Source: an uncultured candidate division Zixibacteria bacterium (GTDB lineage Bacteria; Zixibacteria; MSB-5A5; UBA10806; 4484-95). From it: 64,000 nt of DNA. A program made the position numbers and the translations under genes. The notes under the pieces were generated by a model. It was given only the letters and a program-made list of their open reading frames with translations. It was not told the origin of the DNA and made no database searches. The stretch lies in NCBI GenBank assembly GCA_963668625.2, contig CAXXKA010000010.1, positions 192,001 through 256,000 of the forward strand, given 5' to 3'. Below are positions 1 to 9,403 of this stretch, piece by piece; position 1 is the stretch's first letter; the number at the start of each line of letters is the position of its first letter.

Positions 1-108
1 CGCTACAATCGGTTCGTGCTATACCGTCACAATGGAACCGATTTAGAGCCGGTATCCAGTTGGCAATGCGGTATCAACAGCTATGTTATGGATGAGTATC
101 CGGATTAG
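1..108 (+). CDS. 3' end of a hypothetical protein entering from the left edge
   Basis: Frame 1 is open from base 1 to TAG at 106-108 (RYNRFVLYRHNGTDLEPVSSWQCGINSYVMDEYPD*). Confidence 0.4.
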   Translation, partial: RYNRFVLYRHNGTDLEPVSSWQCGINSYVMDEYPD

Positions 109-221
109 AGATAGTTTACAATGCGAGGTCAGAATTAACGGATTTGATCTCGATTGTCCGTGGTTGGGGTACGTTCTCGCTTGCCCCGGTGATGCCCCAA
201 CTGGTTTGCCTGCTAACAAAA

Positions 222-248
222 GCTGGCGGACGAGGGCGTCCGCCAGCC
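222..248. repeat. REP-like palindrome (GGCGGACGAGGGCGTCCGCC family)
   Basis: Hairpin GCTGGCGGACG-AGGG-CGTCCGCCAGC. Related copies lie at about 30345-30370, 34788-34813 and 39694-39721. Confidence 0.6.
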
Positions 249-313
249 AAAGGATAAGTTGGTGATACTTTATTACCGTTGGATTGCATGCGCACTGGAA
301 AATAAACAGCGTA

Positions 314-1345
314 TTATACCGGTAGTACCGATAAATCGAGGTTGATTGTTTTCATCAAGCCCTCAAGCTCCGAGATATCGATATCGTTCTCCGCTTCGAT
401 TCTCTCAAGCGCCTCATCCCGGCTGATTATACCGGCTCGCACGAGCTGGCTGTAGAAATCATCTTTCTCTGTAAGACCCAACCGCTTGAGGTACAGGTAG
501 TCTTTCAGATGCCCTATCCGACAGTCGAAACGCCAACTGCCGAGATTGTGATCCGCGAAACTCCATCCCAACTCATTGCTGATACGCTCGATGATTTGTT
601 TCTCATCCCACTCGATGTAATGAAACAGGTCAAGCTTCTCGATTCCCCGTCCCATAAATCGTACCATAGGGGAATACGGGTTGCTGTATATATAGCCGTT
701 TATCATCGGCATAACCGTCGAGGGTTTGAGATAGCTCATGTTATTCATCACGCGCTTAACCAGCCCGAACAGATATGCCGAGTAATAGCTTTTTACCGAC
801 TGATTCTGATTACCTCCGAGCATAGCCCGCTTGAACGAGGTTTGCTCGTACAAATTCCCGCCCGAGGCGATGAGCTTGATATCATTATCCCGGGCTATTC
901 GGAGAATGTTGCGCCATATCAGCTTGCAGGATACGCAAACCATCGGTACCAGAGCCGGGTCCAGCTTTTGAAGAAGAGCTGCCAGGTTCGTTCGCAGAAG
1001 ATTTTCATGGTATCCCTGTTTGAATGAAAACGATATCAAATCTACATCAAGTATACGTTTTATGTTTTCGATATTTTTCGTTGCTATAGGATGTGTAAAC
1101 GGATTGCGATAATTTACCGCCAGTACTTTCATATCATAGTCATTAACCAGCTTTAAAATCGTATACGAGCTGTCCCGTCCTCCGCTGATATTCACTATGT
1201 AATCGAATTTAGATTTTCTGGCTTTCGTATCTTTAATAATCTTTTCGAGCGCGTTCCGTCCATGCAGTTTTATCTTCTGATATGATTGGCAATAGCTGCA
1301 TTCGCCTTTCTCGTCGAACTCGATAGACGGTGTCGATGAGGGCAT
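314..1345 (-). CDS. N-acetyl sugar amidotransferase (WbuX/LPS biosynthesis family, PP-loop)
   Basis: SGGRDSS PP-loop, CSYC, and HYIEWDE...WRFDC motifs. An in-frame RCKTCIMP lies just upstream of the called ATG. Confidence 0.8.
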   Translation of the reverse strand: MPSSTPSIEFDEKGECSYCQSYQKIKLHGRNALEKIIKDTKARKSKFDYIVNISGGRDSSYTILKLVNDYDMKVLAVNYRNPFTHPIATKNIENIKRILDVDLISFSFKQGYHENLLRTNLAALLQKLDPALVPMVCVSCKLIWRNILRIARDNDIKLIASGGNLYEQTSFKRAMLGGNQNQSVKSYYSAYLFGLVKRVMNNMSYLKPSTVMPMINGYIYSNPYSPMVRFMGRGIEKLDLFHYIEWDEKQIIERISNELGWSFADHNLGSWRFDCRIGHLKDYLYLKRLGLTEKDDFYSQLVRAGIISRDEALERIEAENDIDISELEGLMKTINLDLSVLPV

Positions 1346-1613
1346 GATACAGGTTTTACATCTGGTAGCGGGTTTTAAGGCATACTCCGTTTAAGTATAT
1401 TACCGCATAAAAATATTGACAAAATAATATCACTACTTCATTAATTTTAATAACGCCATCTATTACCGTACTGTCAAGATATTTGGTATTAATAGTCAGT
1501 GAAAGCTTTGCAGGTTATATACCCGGATAATCGGGCGGATGCTTGAAGCACGTTGTGAGGGGGCTACTAAAGGGGTGCACATCCGCCCGGTAGGGTGAAA
1601 CATTGGAATTTTG

Positions 1614-2423
1614 TCAGGCCAAACTCAAACTAACTATTCGTGGCGCGATATATGGTCTGATAAATGGCAGCCTGACTATATAGCCTATTATCCCGGCGTG
1701 TTCTTTATAGAAATCGAAATAACACCATTCATCCAAGATCTTTATACCCGGCGCCCACATGGTAAGCTCATTACTGTCTTTAATACCCCATTTGAATTCC
1801 GGGGCATCCTCCATTTTACTTAAGCTATCGTGATGTTTGCTTTTACCGACTATAAGCGGTCCCATAACCTCGAGAAGCATGTTTGCTTTTGAGAATCTTT
1901 CGGTAAGTTTTCTCATCAGAGGTTTCAGTCTGTCTTCCTCGAAATACATGAAAAGCCCCTCGGCGATTATCATAACCGGCCTGCCCTCATCCTGAATCTC
2001 ATCAAACCACGAGAAATCGAACATCGATTTGGGAATGAGGTTGTAGTTTTCAGATGCTTGGAAAAAATTACGCCGAAGCTCTATTGCCTCGGGGACATCC
2101 AGATCGTACCATATAGTTTTATCGAGATGCAGCCTTTCGCGGCGAGTATCTAATCCCGCGCCTAAATTTATTACCAGGCAATCATCGTGTTCGTTAACGA
2201 ATTTCAAGAGAGCATTATCCAAAAGCATGGTTCTTATACAAACCCCAAGATGAGATAACTTAGCTGATTTGAATTTATCAAAATCGTAATCTATTTGGGA
2301 TACTATCTCCCGCGCTTTGAAATCGCGAACGATCGCCTCGCGCTTTTCGCTTTCTGAGGCCCTGATAGCCAACGGAATCAGCAGCGTTTCGGGAATCCCG
2401 GATAAATTTTGTTTTATCATCAT
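1614..2423 (-). CDS. class I SAM-dependent methyltransferase (LCM/TcmP-like)
   Basis: ETLLIPLAIRA, VINLGAGLDTR, DLDVPE and AEGLFMYF motifs. Confidence 0.85.
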   Translation of the reverse strand: MMIKQNLSGIPETLLIPLAIRASESEKREAIVRDFKAREIVSQIDYDFDKFKSAKLSHLGVCIRTMLLDNALLKFVNEHDDCLVINLGAGLDTRRERLHLDKTIWYDLDVPEAIELRRNFFQASENYNLIPKSMFDFSWFDEIQDEGRPVMIIAEGLFMYFEEDRLKPLMRKLTERFSKANMLLEVMGPLIVGKSKHHDSLSKMEDAPEFKWGIKDSNELTMWAPGIKILDEWCYFDFYKEHAGIIGYIVRLPFIRPYIAPRIVSLSLA

Positions 2424-2518
2424 ACACTCTCACGGATTTTAATATCATCTTAAGCCGGGCCCCAGGAGGCAGGAAACGGGACCCGGCGTTCAAGAGAGAC
2501 GAAACAATGGCAGAAATT

Positions 2519-3370
2519 TTATTTAACTAAAACCATCTTCCGGGTAGAACTCATCGTACCGGCGTTGATGTTCACGAAATATATCCCCGAGGGATATTCA
2601 CCGGCGTTCCATGTTTGATGATAATACCCGGCCTGCTGATAGCCGTTAACCAGCTCTTCCACTTTGTGCCCGAGTATGTTGTATATCTCTATCGCGACAT
2701 CGGCGGCCTCAGGCAAACTGTATTCGATATTGGTGGAGGCATTGAACGGGTTGGGATACGCGCCAAGTGTTAACTGTTCGGGCAGGGAATTCCTATCATC
2801 CTCGATATCGGTGATCGTGGTTAGCTCGAGGTACGGACGGTACGACTGATTGGCCTCTTTCGAGTAAAACTTGCTGAACTTGCTGCCCGGGGTAGCCCCC
2901 AGCACGAAACCGTAATTCACGATATCACCATCAAGCCAGGCCTGAATCATATCGGTGACATCCATCTCGTGCCAGCCGTTAACCGAGAAATTGTAGTAAC
3001 CGTATTCGGTATCGCCATGGTTTATATGCACGGTTTCAGGCCAGGTATCCTCATCCCAGTCCACGCTGATATCGTACATGATCGTGCCGGTGACTCCGCC
3101 GCTGGGACATCCGAAAAAGCGGTACATGTGAAGAACCGCCGTATCGACCGTACGCCCCATGTAAGCCTCAAGATCGAATCTCATCATGAGGCGTTGATAG
3201 TTGGAGGCGGCAGGGAAATTGGCAACCCAGATCTGCTCGGCGGGATTGCTGCCGCCAAACTCGGGATCGGTGTACATATCATCCGAGGGGTAAATCGTAT
3301 CAGCCGATACGCTGGCTACGCCGATTGTTAAAACCAGCGCTAATATTATCATATCAATTAAATATCTCAT
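2519..3370 (-). CDS. secreted DNRLRE/CBM96-like domain protein with C-terminal sorting domain
   Basis: Signal peptide; RLMMRFDL...WDEDTW...DVTDMIQAW...NYGF...FYSKE...RPYL pattern; YPNPFN...KMVLVK C-terminus. Confidence 0.75.
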   Translation of the reverse strand: MRYLIDMIILALVLTIGVASVSADTIYPSDDMYTDPEFGGSNPAEQIWVANFPAASNYQRLMMRFDLEAYMGRTVDTAVLHMYRFFGCPSGGVTGTIMYDISVDWDEDTWPETVHINHGDTEYGYYNFSVNGWHEMDVTDMIQAWLDGDIVNYGFVLGATPGSKFSKFYSKEANQSYRPYLELTTITDIEDDRNSLPEQLTLGAYPNPFNASTNIEYSLPEAADVAIEIYNILGHKVEELVNGYQQAGYYHQTWNAGEYPSGIYFVNINAGTMSSTRKMVLVK

Positions 3371-3397
3371 TTTTATTTCCTCACTACTCTCGTTTTA

Positions 3398-4510
3398 TTA
3401 AAAACCGCCGGTTAATCTCACTATCAGACGTTTGGCCTCATCGAACGTGCCATCAGGAGAATCCAGGGGCATCTCATAATCTATTTTCAGCTCAGCCTTA
3501 TCCGATCCCAGCCCGATGGCGGCGCCTATAGCCAGGTATGACAGCTTGTTGTCGCCGTCGGCGTTGGAGGCTTTATCCCAGGACTGATACATGGCGAACG
3601 GCCGTATATAGGGTAGCCTGTCATTGCCGGTATCGAACTGGTAACCGCCCTGCACGTAAAAAGCGCGCGATTCGAGATCTTCATCAGTTAAAGTATCGCC
3701 GCTGGCCGTGTATTCTCGAATCGGGTTGGTATCGATATATCCGTTTATGAAATAGAACTCGCTCCTGAATATCACGCCGTAATTGGCATAGTCGATACCC
3801 ATGCCCAACCTGGTACCATCATAGCTGAAAGCCCTGAAATCGGCGATTTCGGGATCGTACTCGCTTACTTTCCACTGCCAGCCGGTAACGAATCCCCCTA
3901 CCGACAAACCGGGATAAGGCGTATGAAATTTCAAACCGAGGTTGATATCATGCTCATCCTCGATAGTACTGTTGCCGCTGTTGCCGGCGTTGAAAGTCAG
4001 TTGGGCGTCAAAACCCATGTTATCATCGAACATATAGTTAGACTGAACAACCGCGCCAATCGGATGGCAGGGGAAGATACTCTTGAATCGCGGTTTCTCG
4101 GCGGTTAAAACCTCGGTGCATTCCTGGTGTAGCTCGAATCCTCTCATGATATGTCCCTGGAAGAAGCCCAGCTTGAGGAATCGGTAAGGTTTGTAGAATA
4201 TACCGGCTTCCGATAAGGCCAGGCTTCCCGAGGTCGTGCAACCGCCGCCCGTGCAGGTGGAAAGACCTACCTCGATATTGTATTCGATATATTCGCCCAG
4301 CTCGCCCTCGGCCTCTATTGCCGCGTGACGGATTTCTATCTTGTCGCTGGAGGAACTGAGGAAGGGGATTTGCTCGTCCTCATCGATATAGAACACCGAT
4401 TGAATCGAGACATCCGCGTGAATCTCCGGCAGTTCGAAATCATCGGCAAAGAGGTTTTGCGCCGGCACGATTAAGAGCACTACCGTTAAAATCAATAATA
4501 CTAGTTTCAT
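3398..4510 (-). CDS. outer-membrane porin-like beta-barrel with Cys motifs
   Basis: Signal peptide, amphipathic beta-strands and C-terminal Phe. Cys motifs STCTGGGC, HQECTE and FPCHP. Confidence 0.6.
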   Translation of the reverse strand: MKLVLLILTVVLLIVPAQNLFADDFELPEIHADVSIQSVFYIDEDEQIPFLSSSSDKIEIRHAAIEAEGELGEYIEYNIEVGLSTCTGGGCTTSGSLALSEAGIFYKPYRFLKLGFFQGHIMRGFELHQECTEVLTAEKPRFKSIFPCHPIGAVVQSNYMFDDNMGFDAQLTFNAGNSGNSTIEDEHDINLGLKFHTPYPGLSVGGFVTGWQWKVSEYDPEIADFRAFSYDGTRLGMGIDYANYGVIFRSEFYFINGYIDTNPIREYTASGDTLTDEDLESRAFYVQGGYQFDTGNDRLPYIRPFAMYQSWDKASNADGDNKLSYLAIGAAIGLGSDKAELKIDYEMPLDSPDGTFDEAKRLIVRLTGGF

Positions 4511-4616
4511 ATAGAATTAAATCCTTTCACTCACTACTGGTTAATAACCGTAATAATTTAGACTGTTGGCGCCCGCTATGCTATCAGCGAGATAGCCAAA
4601 CATCAGTTATGGCCCG

Positions 4617-4982
4617 TTAGTTAAAGTGGAAAGGAGGAGAACGGCCTGAGAGTATCAGGTATACGCATTGTGATTTAAGATCTGATAACATCACAAGGCT
4701 GGTTAAACGAGGATAGTCGGGGATTGGTAAATTAATCGGAGCTGAAATCACTATCGAGGCTGTTGCTTTATTCAGTAAAGATATAGCTTTAAATTCGATA
4801 TTGGAATGTTTATGGGGATCATTTCCGTCTCGCGAGTCGCTATGGGGATGGCTGTGGACTATAACCTCACCTGTGACGGAGTAGTGAACATGCAAGAAGG
4901 CGACACTACTGTAAACATAGAGCGCAATACATAACGCCATCACAATTGAGAACGCCCTGATTATTTTGTCGTAAGTAGTCAA
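4617..4982 (-). CDS. His-rich small membrane protein ending in RSPP (DUF2946-like upstream ORF)
   Basis: N-terminal TM segment, then HVH...HSHPH...HKH, then C-terminal GRSPPFHFN. TTG start. Confidence 0.65.
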   Translation of the reverse strand: MTTYDKIIRAFSIVMALCIALYVYSSVAFLHVHYSVTGEVIVHSHPHSDSRDGNDPHKHSNIEFKAISLLNKATASIVISAPINLPIPDYPRLTSLVMLSDLKSQCVYLILSGRSPPFHFN

Positions 4983-5257
4983 GATTTCACTCGTCGAATT
5001 TTGTTAGACATGCCTAATAATAAAGAATTGAGATTGTTTGTCAAGATTTATTGTGATATTATTCACAAAAAATACCAGTTCCTTAGGGACTATAGTTTGC
5101 TTTCCAGATAGTTTATTTCAGTGATAATGCCTTACTCGTTATTGATAAGTTAAAGGGAATCAATATGATGGGGCCCTTTAAAATGCTTTTAAGTAAGGTT
5201 TTTACTCTTAAAAAGTGTTGAGGTTACCTCACATGAATGGGTGATTTATACTATCAA

Positions 5258-6937
5258 TCAATCGTAGTTAATGAACCACTCTTTCGCCAGTTTCTTGGTA
5301 ATTCTGATAATTTCCCTGTCCTGCTCCTGAAGAGCGCCACGCTCGATTAACGTATCTATTGCGCGGGGAAGAACCACCATACTGTTACGCACCGGTATCA
5401 GGGCCGGGTAATATTCGTTATTGAAAAATGTCCTGTACCGGTGACGGCTTCTCTTACTATCCAGCATAATGCCGATAGCGTTTTCCAACTCTTTACCCTG
5501 AAGGTTGACCAGTACCTCTTTCGGTGATTGCATTACCTCGATAGTGTGCTCGATACTGGAATTGCATTTAAATCGTGTTTGCCAGACCTCCACGACCCCC
5601 AGTGAGTTGACCGCCATCGTGTTGACATGGATAGTGTTGTCATTTTTATTGATTTTCACTCCGCCCATGAACGGCAGGAAATAATTATCGGTTATACTAC
5701 CAAATGCCGAGATACCACCGGCGTAGGGATCCTCCAGTATATCTTTAATCGTGAAAAACGGCTTTTGCTCGAAACGGGCGTCCTGGATTTGCATGAACTC
5801 ATCCTCGGTATAGTGGAAACGCTCTTTCCATTTCTCCTCCGGAGTCAAATCCTTACGGGTGAGCGAACTCTGGCTGGTAAGCATACCCAGCGCCTGGCCG
5901 CCTCGCCAGATTAGCGGTAAAACAGCTACGGCCCATTCGGCGGAACCGCCGATCTCGCCTATCATCGAATTCAAATGACGGCCATCCGGGAAAGCTATAT
6001 CATCGTAACCAAGCAGCGTAGCCGGGAACATGTCACCGTCCTTATCGTACGGGGTAGCTACGCCATGTTTATTTAATATGTCCATAGCGGGGTAGTGGCG
6101 GTTTCTATCCAGGAAGAATGAGCTCAGTTTTTCCACACTGGGCAAACCATAGGAACGAGCGATAATTTCGGCGGCCTCCATGATTTTAGCTTCGCGGGGA
6201 TTGAATTCCTCGAAAAAAGCTCCTCCCATCCAGCGCTGCACGTAAATATCTGGCAGGTGACGTTTGACATTGGATTCGGTTACGAACAGCGAGGTGAAAC
6301 TGGAGTGAATTCCTTTGACCGATTTGGTCGTACCGTCAATGACATCATTACCCATAGAAAGTAACGTAACGTTTTGAGGCATTTCCAGACCGTATTGTTC
6401 GCGATGATGTTCCTTGCCGAACAGGGCTCCTACCGCGATTGTCGGATTACCGCCGGCCTCCTTGCCGGGTTTGACACGCACACCTTCTGTTATCCGTGAC
6501 TCGATTAAGACCTCCTCGCCCAGAGGTAAGGTATCGGTGGTGGTTTGAAGTACCTCCGCCATGATCTGGGCGGCAGTCCGGTCGTTAGCGCGCTTGAGTT
6601 CGTTAATAAGCGTATTATCGGATTGCCTGTCTTTCGGATAATCATTGAGACTGGCCCTGCCTTTGAGACCCACGCCGGCCGCTGCCAGCGCCGCTGAAAG
6701 TACGACAGATTCGCGCAATTGACGGTTACGAAGAGCCCCGAGATTGGAGAGATTGTTGAACCTGTCATCCAGAGTCAAAACATTACATTCATCCAGTTCC
6801 AGGTCGTAATTATTCAAAGCCGTTAGATGTCTGTGATTGAACTCGAGAAGTCTATCTTTGTTGAAACTGTAGGTCTTATGCGAACCATTATATACTATCC
6901 GCCTATCAGCTATATCGAATCGCAGTTGATTTTGCAT
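5258..6937 (-). CDS. fructose-1,6-bisphosphatase class II (GlpX)-like protein, long form
   Basis: DVIDGTT, LPDIY, LDRNRH, DGD, IGGSAE and GSITD match GlpX motifs. 559 aa. Confidence 0.65.
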   Translation of the reverse strand: MQNQLRFDIADRRIVYNGSHKTYSFNKDRLLEFNHRHLTALNNYDLELDECNVLTLDDRFNNLSNLGALRNRQLRESVVLSAALAAAGVGLKGRASLNDYPKDRQSDNTLINELKRANDRTAAQIMAEVLQTTTDTLPLGEEVLIESRITEGVRVKPGKEAGGNPTIAVGALFGKEHHREQYGLEMPQNVTLLSMGNDVIDGTTKSVKGIHSSFTSLFVTESNVKRHLPDIYVQRWMGGAFFEEFNPREAKIMEAAEIIARSYGLPSVEKLSSFFLDRNRHYPAMDILNKHGVATPYDKDGDMFPATLLGYDDIAFPDGRHLNSMIGEIGGSAEWAVAVLPLIWRGGQALGMLTSQSSLTRKDLTPEEKWKERFHYTEDEFMQIQDARFEQKPFFTIKDILEDPYAGGISAFGSITDNYFLPFMGGVKINKNDNTIHVNTMAVNSLGVVEVWQTRFKCNSSIEHTIEVMQSPKEVLVNLQGKELENAIGIMLDSKRSRHRYRTFFNNEYYPALIPVRNSMVVLPRAIDTLIERGALQEQDREIIRITKKLAKEWFINYD

Positions 6938-7076
6938 ATCGCCCTCTTTATTTTAAAAAGCATCTATCAAAGTAACGAGGCCAAAATAAGCCTATTTTAA
7001 CCTAATATGATAGCATTTTAAGAAATGAAAATCAACACCAACTGGCAATTTATATGATTTATTATATGTTAATGGA

Positions 7077-8144
7077 TTAGAACTCGATCAATTCGACATC
7101 TTGATAGGTTGCGGAGATAGCGAACCAGTAACAGTTGAACGATATTATCATTTCGAGATATTCGCCAGCTCGAGCGCCATCAACAGCCTTGCCGAAAACA
7201 TCCCAGCTATTGCCCTCATTATCCGTCATTATTACCGGAAGGCTATTTTGCACCGGTACGAACGTTAAGGTCGAATCATCCGCCGTTTGCCGGCTGTAAC
7301 TGACAATCAGAGATTTAGACCTGGCGCCTGCTACGACGATCGGCTGGCCGATAAACATATCATTGAAAACCGCCATGGTATCCGGCATCGACTCGATTCT
7401 GTAAGCCCGGGCGAATTCTGACTCGATTAAAGCATGTACTATCTCCTTACTATTTAACCTGCTGTCAATATGACTGACAGGGAAATAATAAAGGTCATTA
7501 TCCGTGTTATATTGAGGGTAGGGATCATCAGTGTATTCGAAATAGTATCCTGATCTGTCATATATAACCATCGATTCGGGATACATCTCCACCCATGTCT
7601 CCCATACCGTCTCGATAGACCGCAACCTGATAGGGGGCTGGCCGATAAGCAAGCCATATATAGACTGGTTTTTTATCGGCAGCCAGTAGCTGTCGGTGGT
7701 TTTGTCAAAAACTATATGACTGCTGTTATATACGAGATCGGTCGTGCCGAACTTGGTTGAATCTCCGACGGCTCCCTGCCGCCAGATAGCCCCCAACGCA
7801 GTGAACGGGCAGTAAATCACGCTGTAATAGAAATCATCGAAATTGTCGTTAACAACCTCATACCATCTCAACCGGGTATATGGGTACGCTATATATTCAC
7901 CATCCACGAATGTTGCGATAAGCCTGTCGGTATCCGCGACATGCGTTTGACGGGCCGCATCGATATGATGAGGCGTATCCAGCGAAAAAGTAGCGCCTTT
8001 ACCGACACCCCGCATATATAGATCATCCCGATTGACCAGCCATTCACCGGTAGTTCGTTCGGTTATAACCGATTCACCGCAGCTTAAGGATATGATAGTC
8101 GTTATTATTATCGTTATGAATATTTTCTCTTTATTAATGACCAT
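7077..8144 (-). CDS. DUF3179-domain lipoprotein
   Basis: Lipobox SLSC; AYPY..L..EVVND, YCPFT, FGTT.LVYNS..IVFDKTTDSYW, TWVEMYP and CYWFA motifs. Confidence 0.75.
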   Translation of the reverse strand: MVINKEKIFITIIITTIISLSCGESVITERTTGEWLVNRDDLYMRGVGKGATFSLDTPHHIDAARQTHVADTDRLIATFVDGEYIAYPYTRLRWYEVVNDNFDDFYYSVIYCPFTALGAIWRQGAVGDSTKFGTTDLVYNSSHIVFDKTTDSYWLPIKNQSIYGLLIGQPPIRLRSIETVWETWVEMYPESMVIYDRSGYYFEYTDDPYPQYNTDNDLYYFPVSHIDSRLNSKEIVHALIESEFARAYRIESMPDTMAVFNDMFIGQPIVVAGARSKSLIVSYSRQTADDSTLTFVPVQNSLPVIMTDNEGNSWDVFGKAVDGARAGEYLEMIISFNCYWFAISATYQDVELIEF

Positions 8145-9090
8145 TATCTTTGATCCCCCTGAAAGTGTATTGAAATGAAAGAGTGATGATATATTTGGCG
8201 GCCAATTGCGTACCCTCCACCGTATTACTTACCGGGGCTTCCAATGTCAATCTGCCCAGCACGTTCTCGGAAAGATCGGCTTTGATGTCACCAACCATTG
8301 TTATCATACCGCCACCGCTATTAGGAATAATATTATCATATGTATTACGGTTTTTACCGACATGGGAATAACGGACATAGCCGGTAAACCTGCCTTCATA
8401 TTCAGGCAACAACAAAAGCCCGGCGGAGGCGAAAACCTCATCCCCATAACTGATATCCTGACCCGTACCGTTCAATCGGTATCCTGATTCCAAATATAGA
8501 TATCCGGGGGAAAGAGTTGATAATCGCCAGAGTGTGCTTGCCCAGATTAAAAAATCGTATGAGCCGGTTCCGGCCTGCATATCCTCGCGAACGAGTATCT
8601 CCTCCGAGGTGTAGCTCGTTTTACCGGTTGGTATTTTCAGGGCCGTGCCAAACGACAGTTTCTTGCCCTCGGGAAAACACCATTTCAGGGGCGTGTATTC
8701 GGAGATGAGATAAGTGTCGCTCAATCCTTGCATACGAAGGTATTCCCGGCCGATCGTCGGTAATCGCAGCTCTATGTTTTTCTTCACATAGTTGATAGAC
8801 AGGCCCAGCGCCAGCTTATCCGATATGCCATATACGATTCTCGTCGTGAATCCGTGAGTTAACCTCGTCCGGGTCTCGTCATCGGACAAGTTTGAGTTAG
8901 TTACGAGCTTGGACAGGTTTTTGTGATTGTAGGTAAACCCGAAACGCCAACTCTTCGCCGGCTGAGTACAATAATCGATCGAGGTGATGAAATCAGGTTC
9001 GGCATAGGAACTGTACTGCCCGAAAACGCAAGCGGGGAAAATATATGATATAAGAATAATCAGGAATATTTTTTTCATGACCATGCCCAT
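8134..9090 (-). CDS. outer-membrane beta-barrel 'transporter' (MetA-pathway/phenol-degradation-like)
   Basis: Signal peptide; GLSD, LKIPTG, MQAGTGSYD and YGDE motifs. Overlaps the DUF3179 gene. Confidence 0.65.
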   Translation of the reverse strand: MGMVMKKIFLIILISYIFPACVFGQYSSYAEPDFITSIDYCTQPAKSWRFGFTYNHKNLSKLVTNSNLSDDETRTRLTHGFTTRIVYGISDKLALGLSINYVKKNIELRLPTIGREYLRMQGLSDTYLISEYTPLKWCFPEGKKLSFGTALKIPTGKTSYTSEEILVREDMQAGTGSYDFLIWASTLWRLSTLSPGYLYLESGYRLNGTGQDISYGDEVFASAGLLLLPEYEGRFTGYVRYSHVGKNRNTYDNIIPNSGGGMITMVGDIKADLSENVLGRLTLEAPVSNTVEGTQLAAKYIITLSFQYTFRGIKDNGH

Positions 9091-9365
9091 TGATGCTTTA
9101 TTACATTGCCACTCTAATTATTGGATATAATTTATTGAAAGTGCGGGCAAAAACAAAGTAAAATATGATAGGTCAGTAATAATTAGTCGAATTATCATCT
9201 TAATATAATTCTCGAAATAGTATAATCAGCCATGGAATCAGTTGACCGAAACATTCATTCTCGTAGGTATTGAACGCATTATGCAGGAATTATCCAGGCG
9301 GGTAACTGAAAATGAGTTCGTATTGATAAAAACTGTTTAAAATAGAAATATAACCGTATGAGTTG

Positions 9366-9395
9366 TTGACATCGAATCTTTTTTATGTTTATTCT
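9366..9395 (+). promoter_or_regulatory. sigma70-type promoter, possibly for a leaderless transcript
   Basis: TTGACA-N18-TATTCT ending 8 nt before ATG 9404, with no SD. Confidence 0.45.
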
Positions 9396-9403
9396 ACCGC
9401 ACT

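Noticed and set aside
509-1027. 172-aa plus-strand ORF and similar overlapping ORFs (10403-11017, 26490-27044, 40310-40789)
   Set aside because: Each is antisense to a well-supported gene and has no recognisable motifs.
7077-8144. Selenoprotein form of DUF3179
   Set aside because: No in-frame TGA; the motif reads YCPFT.
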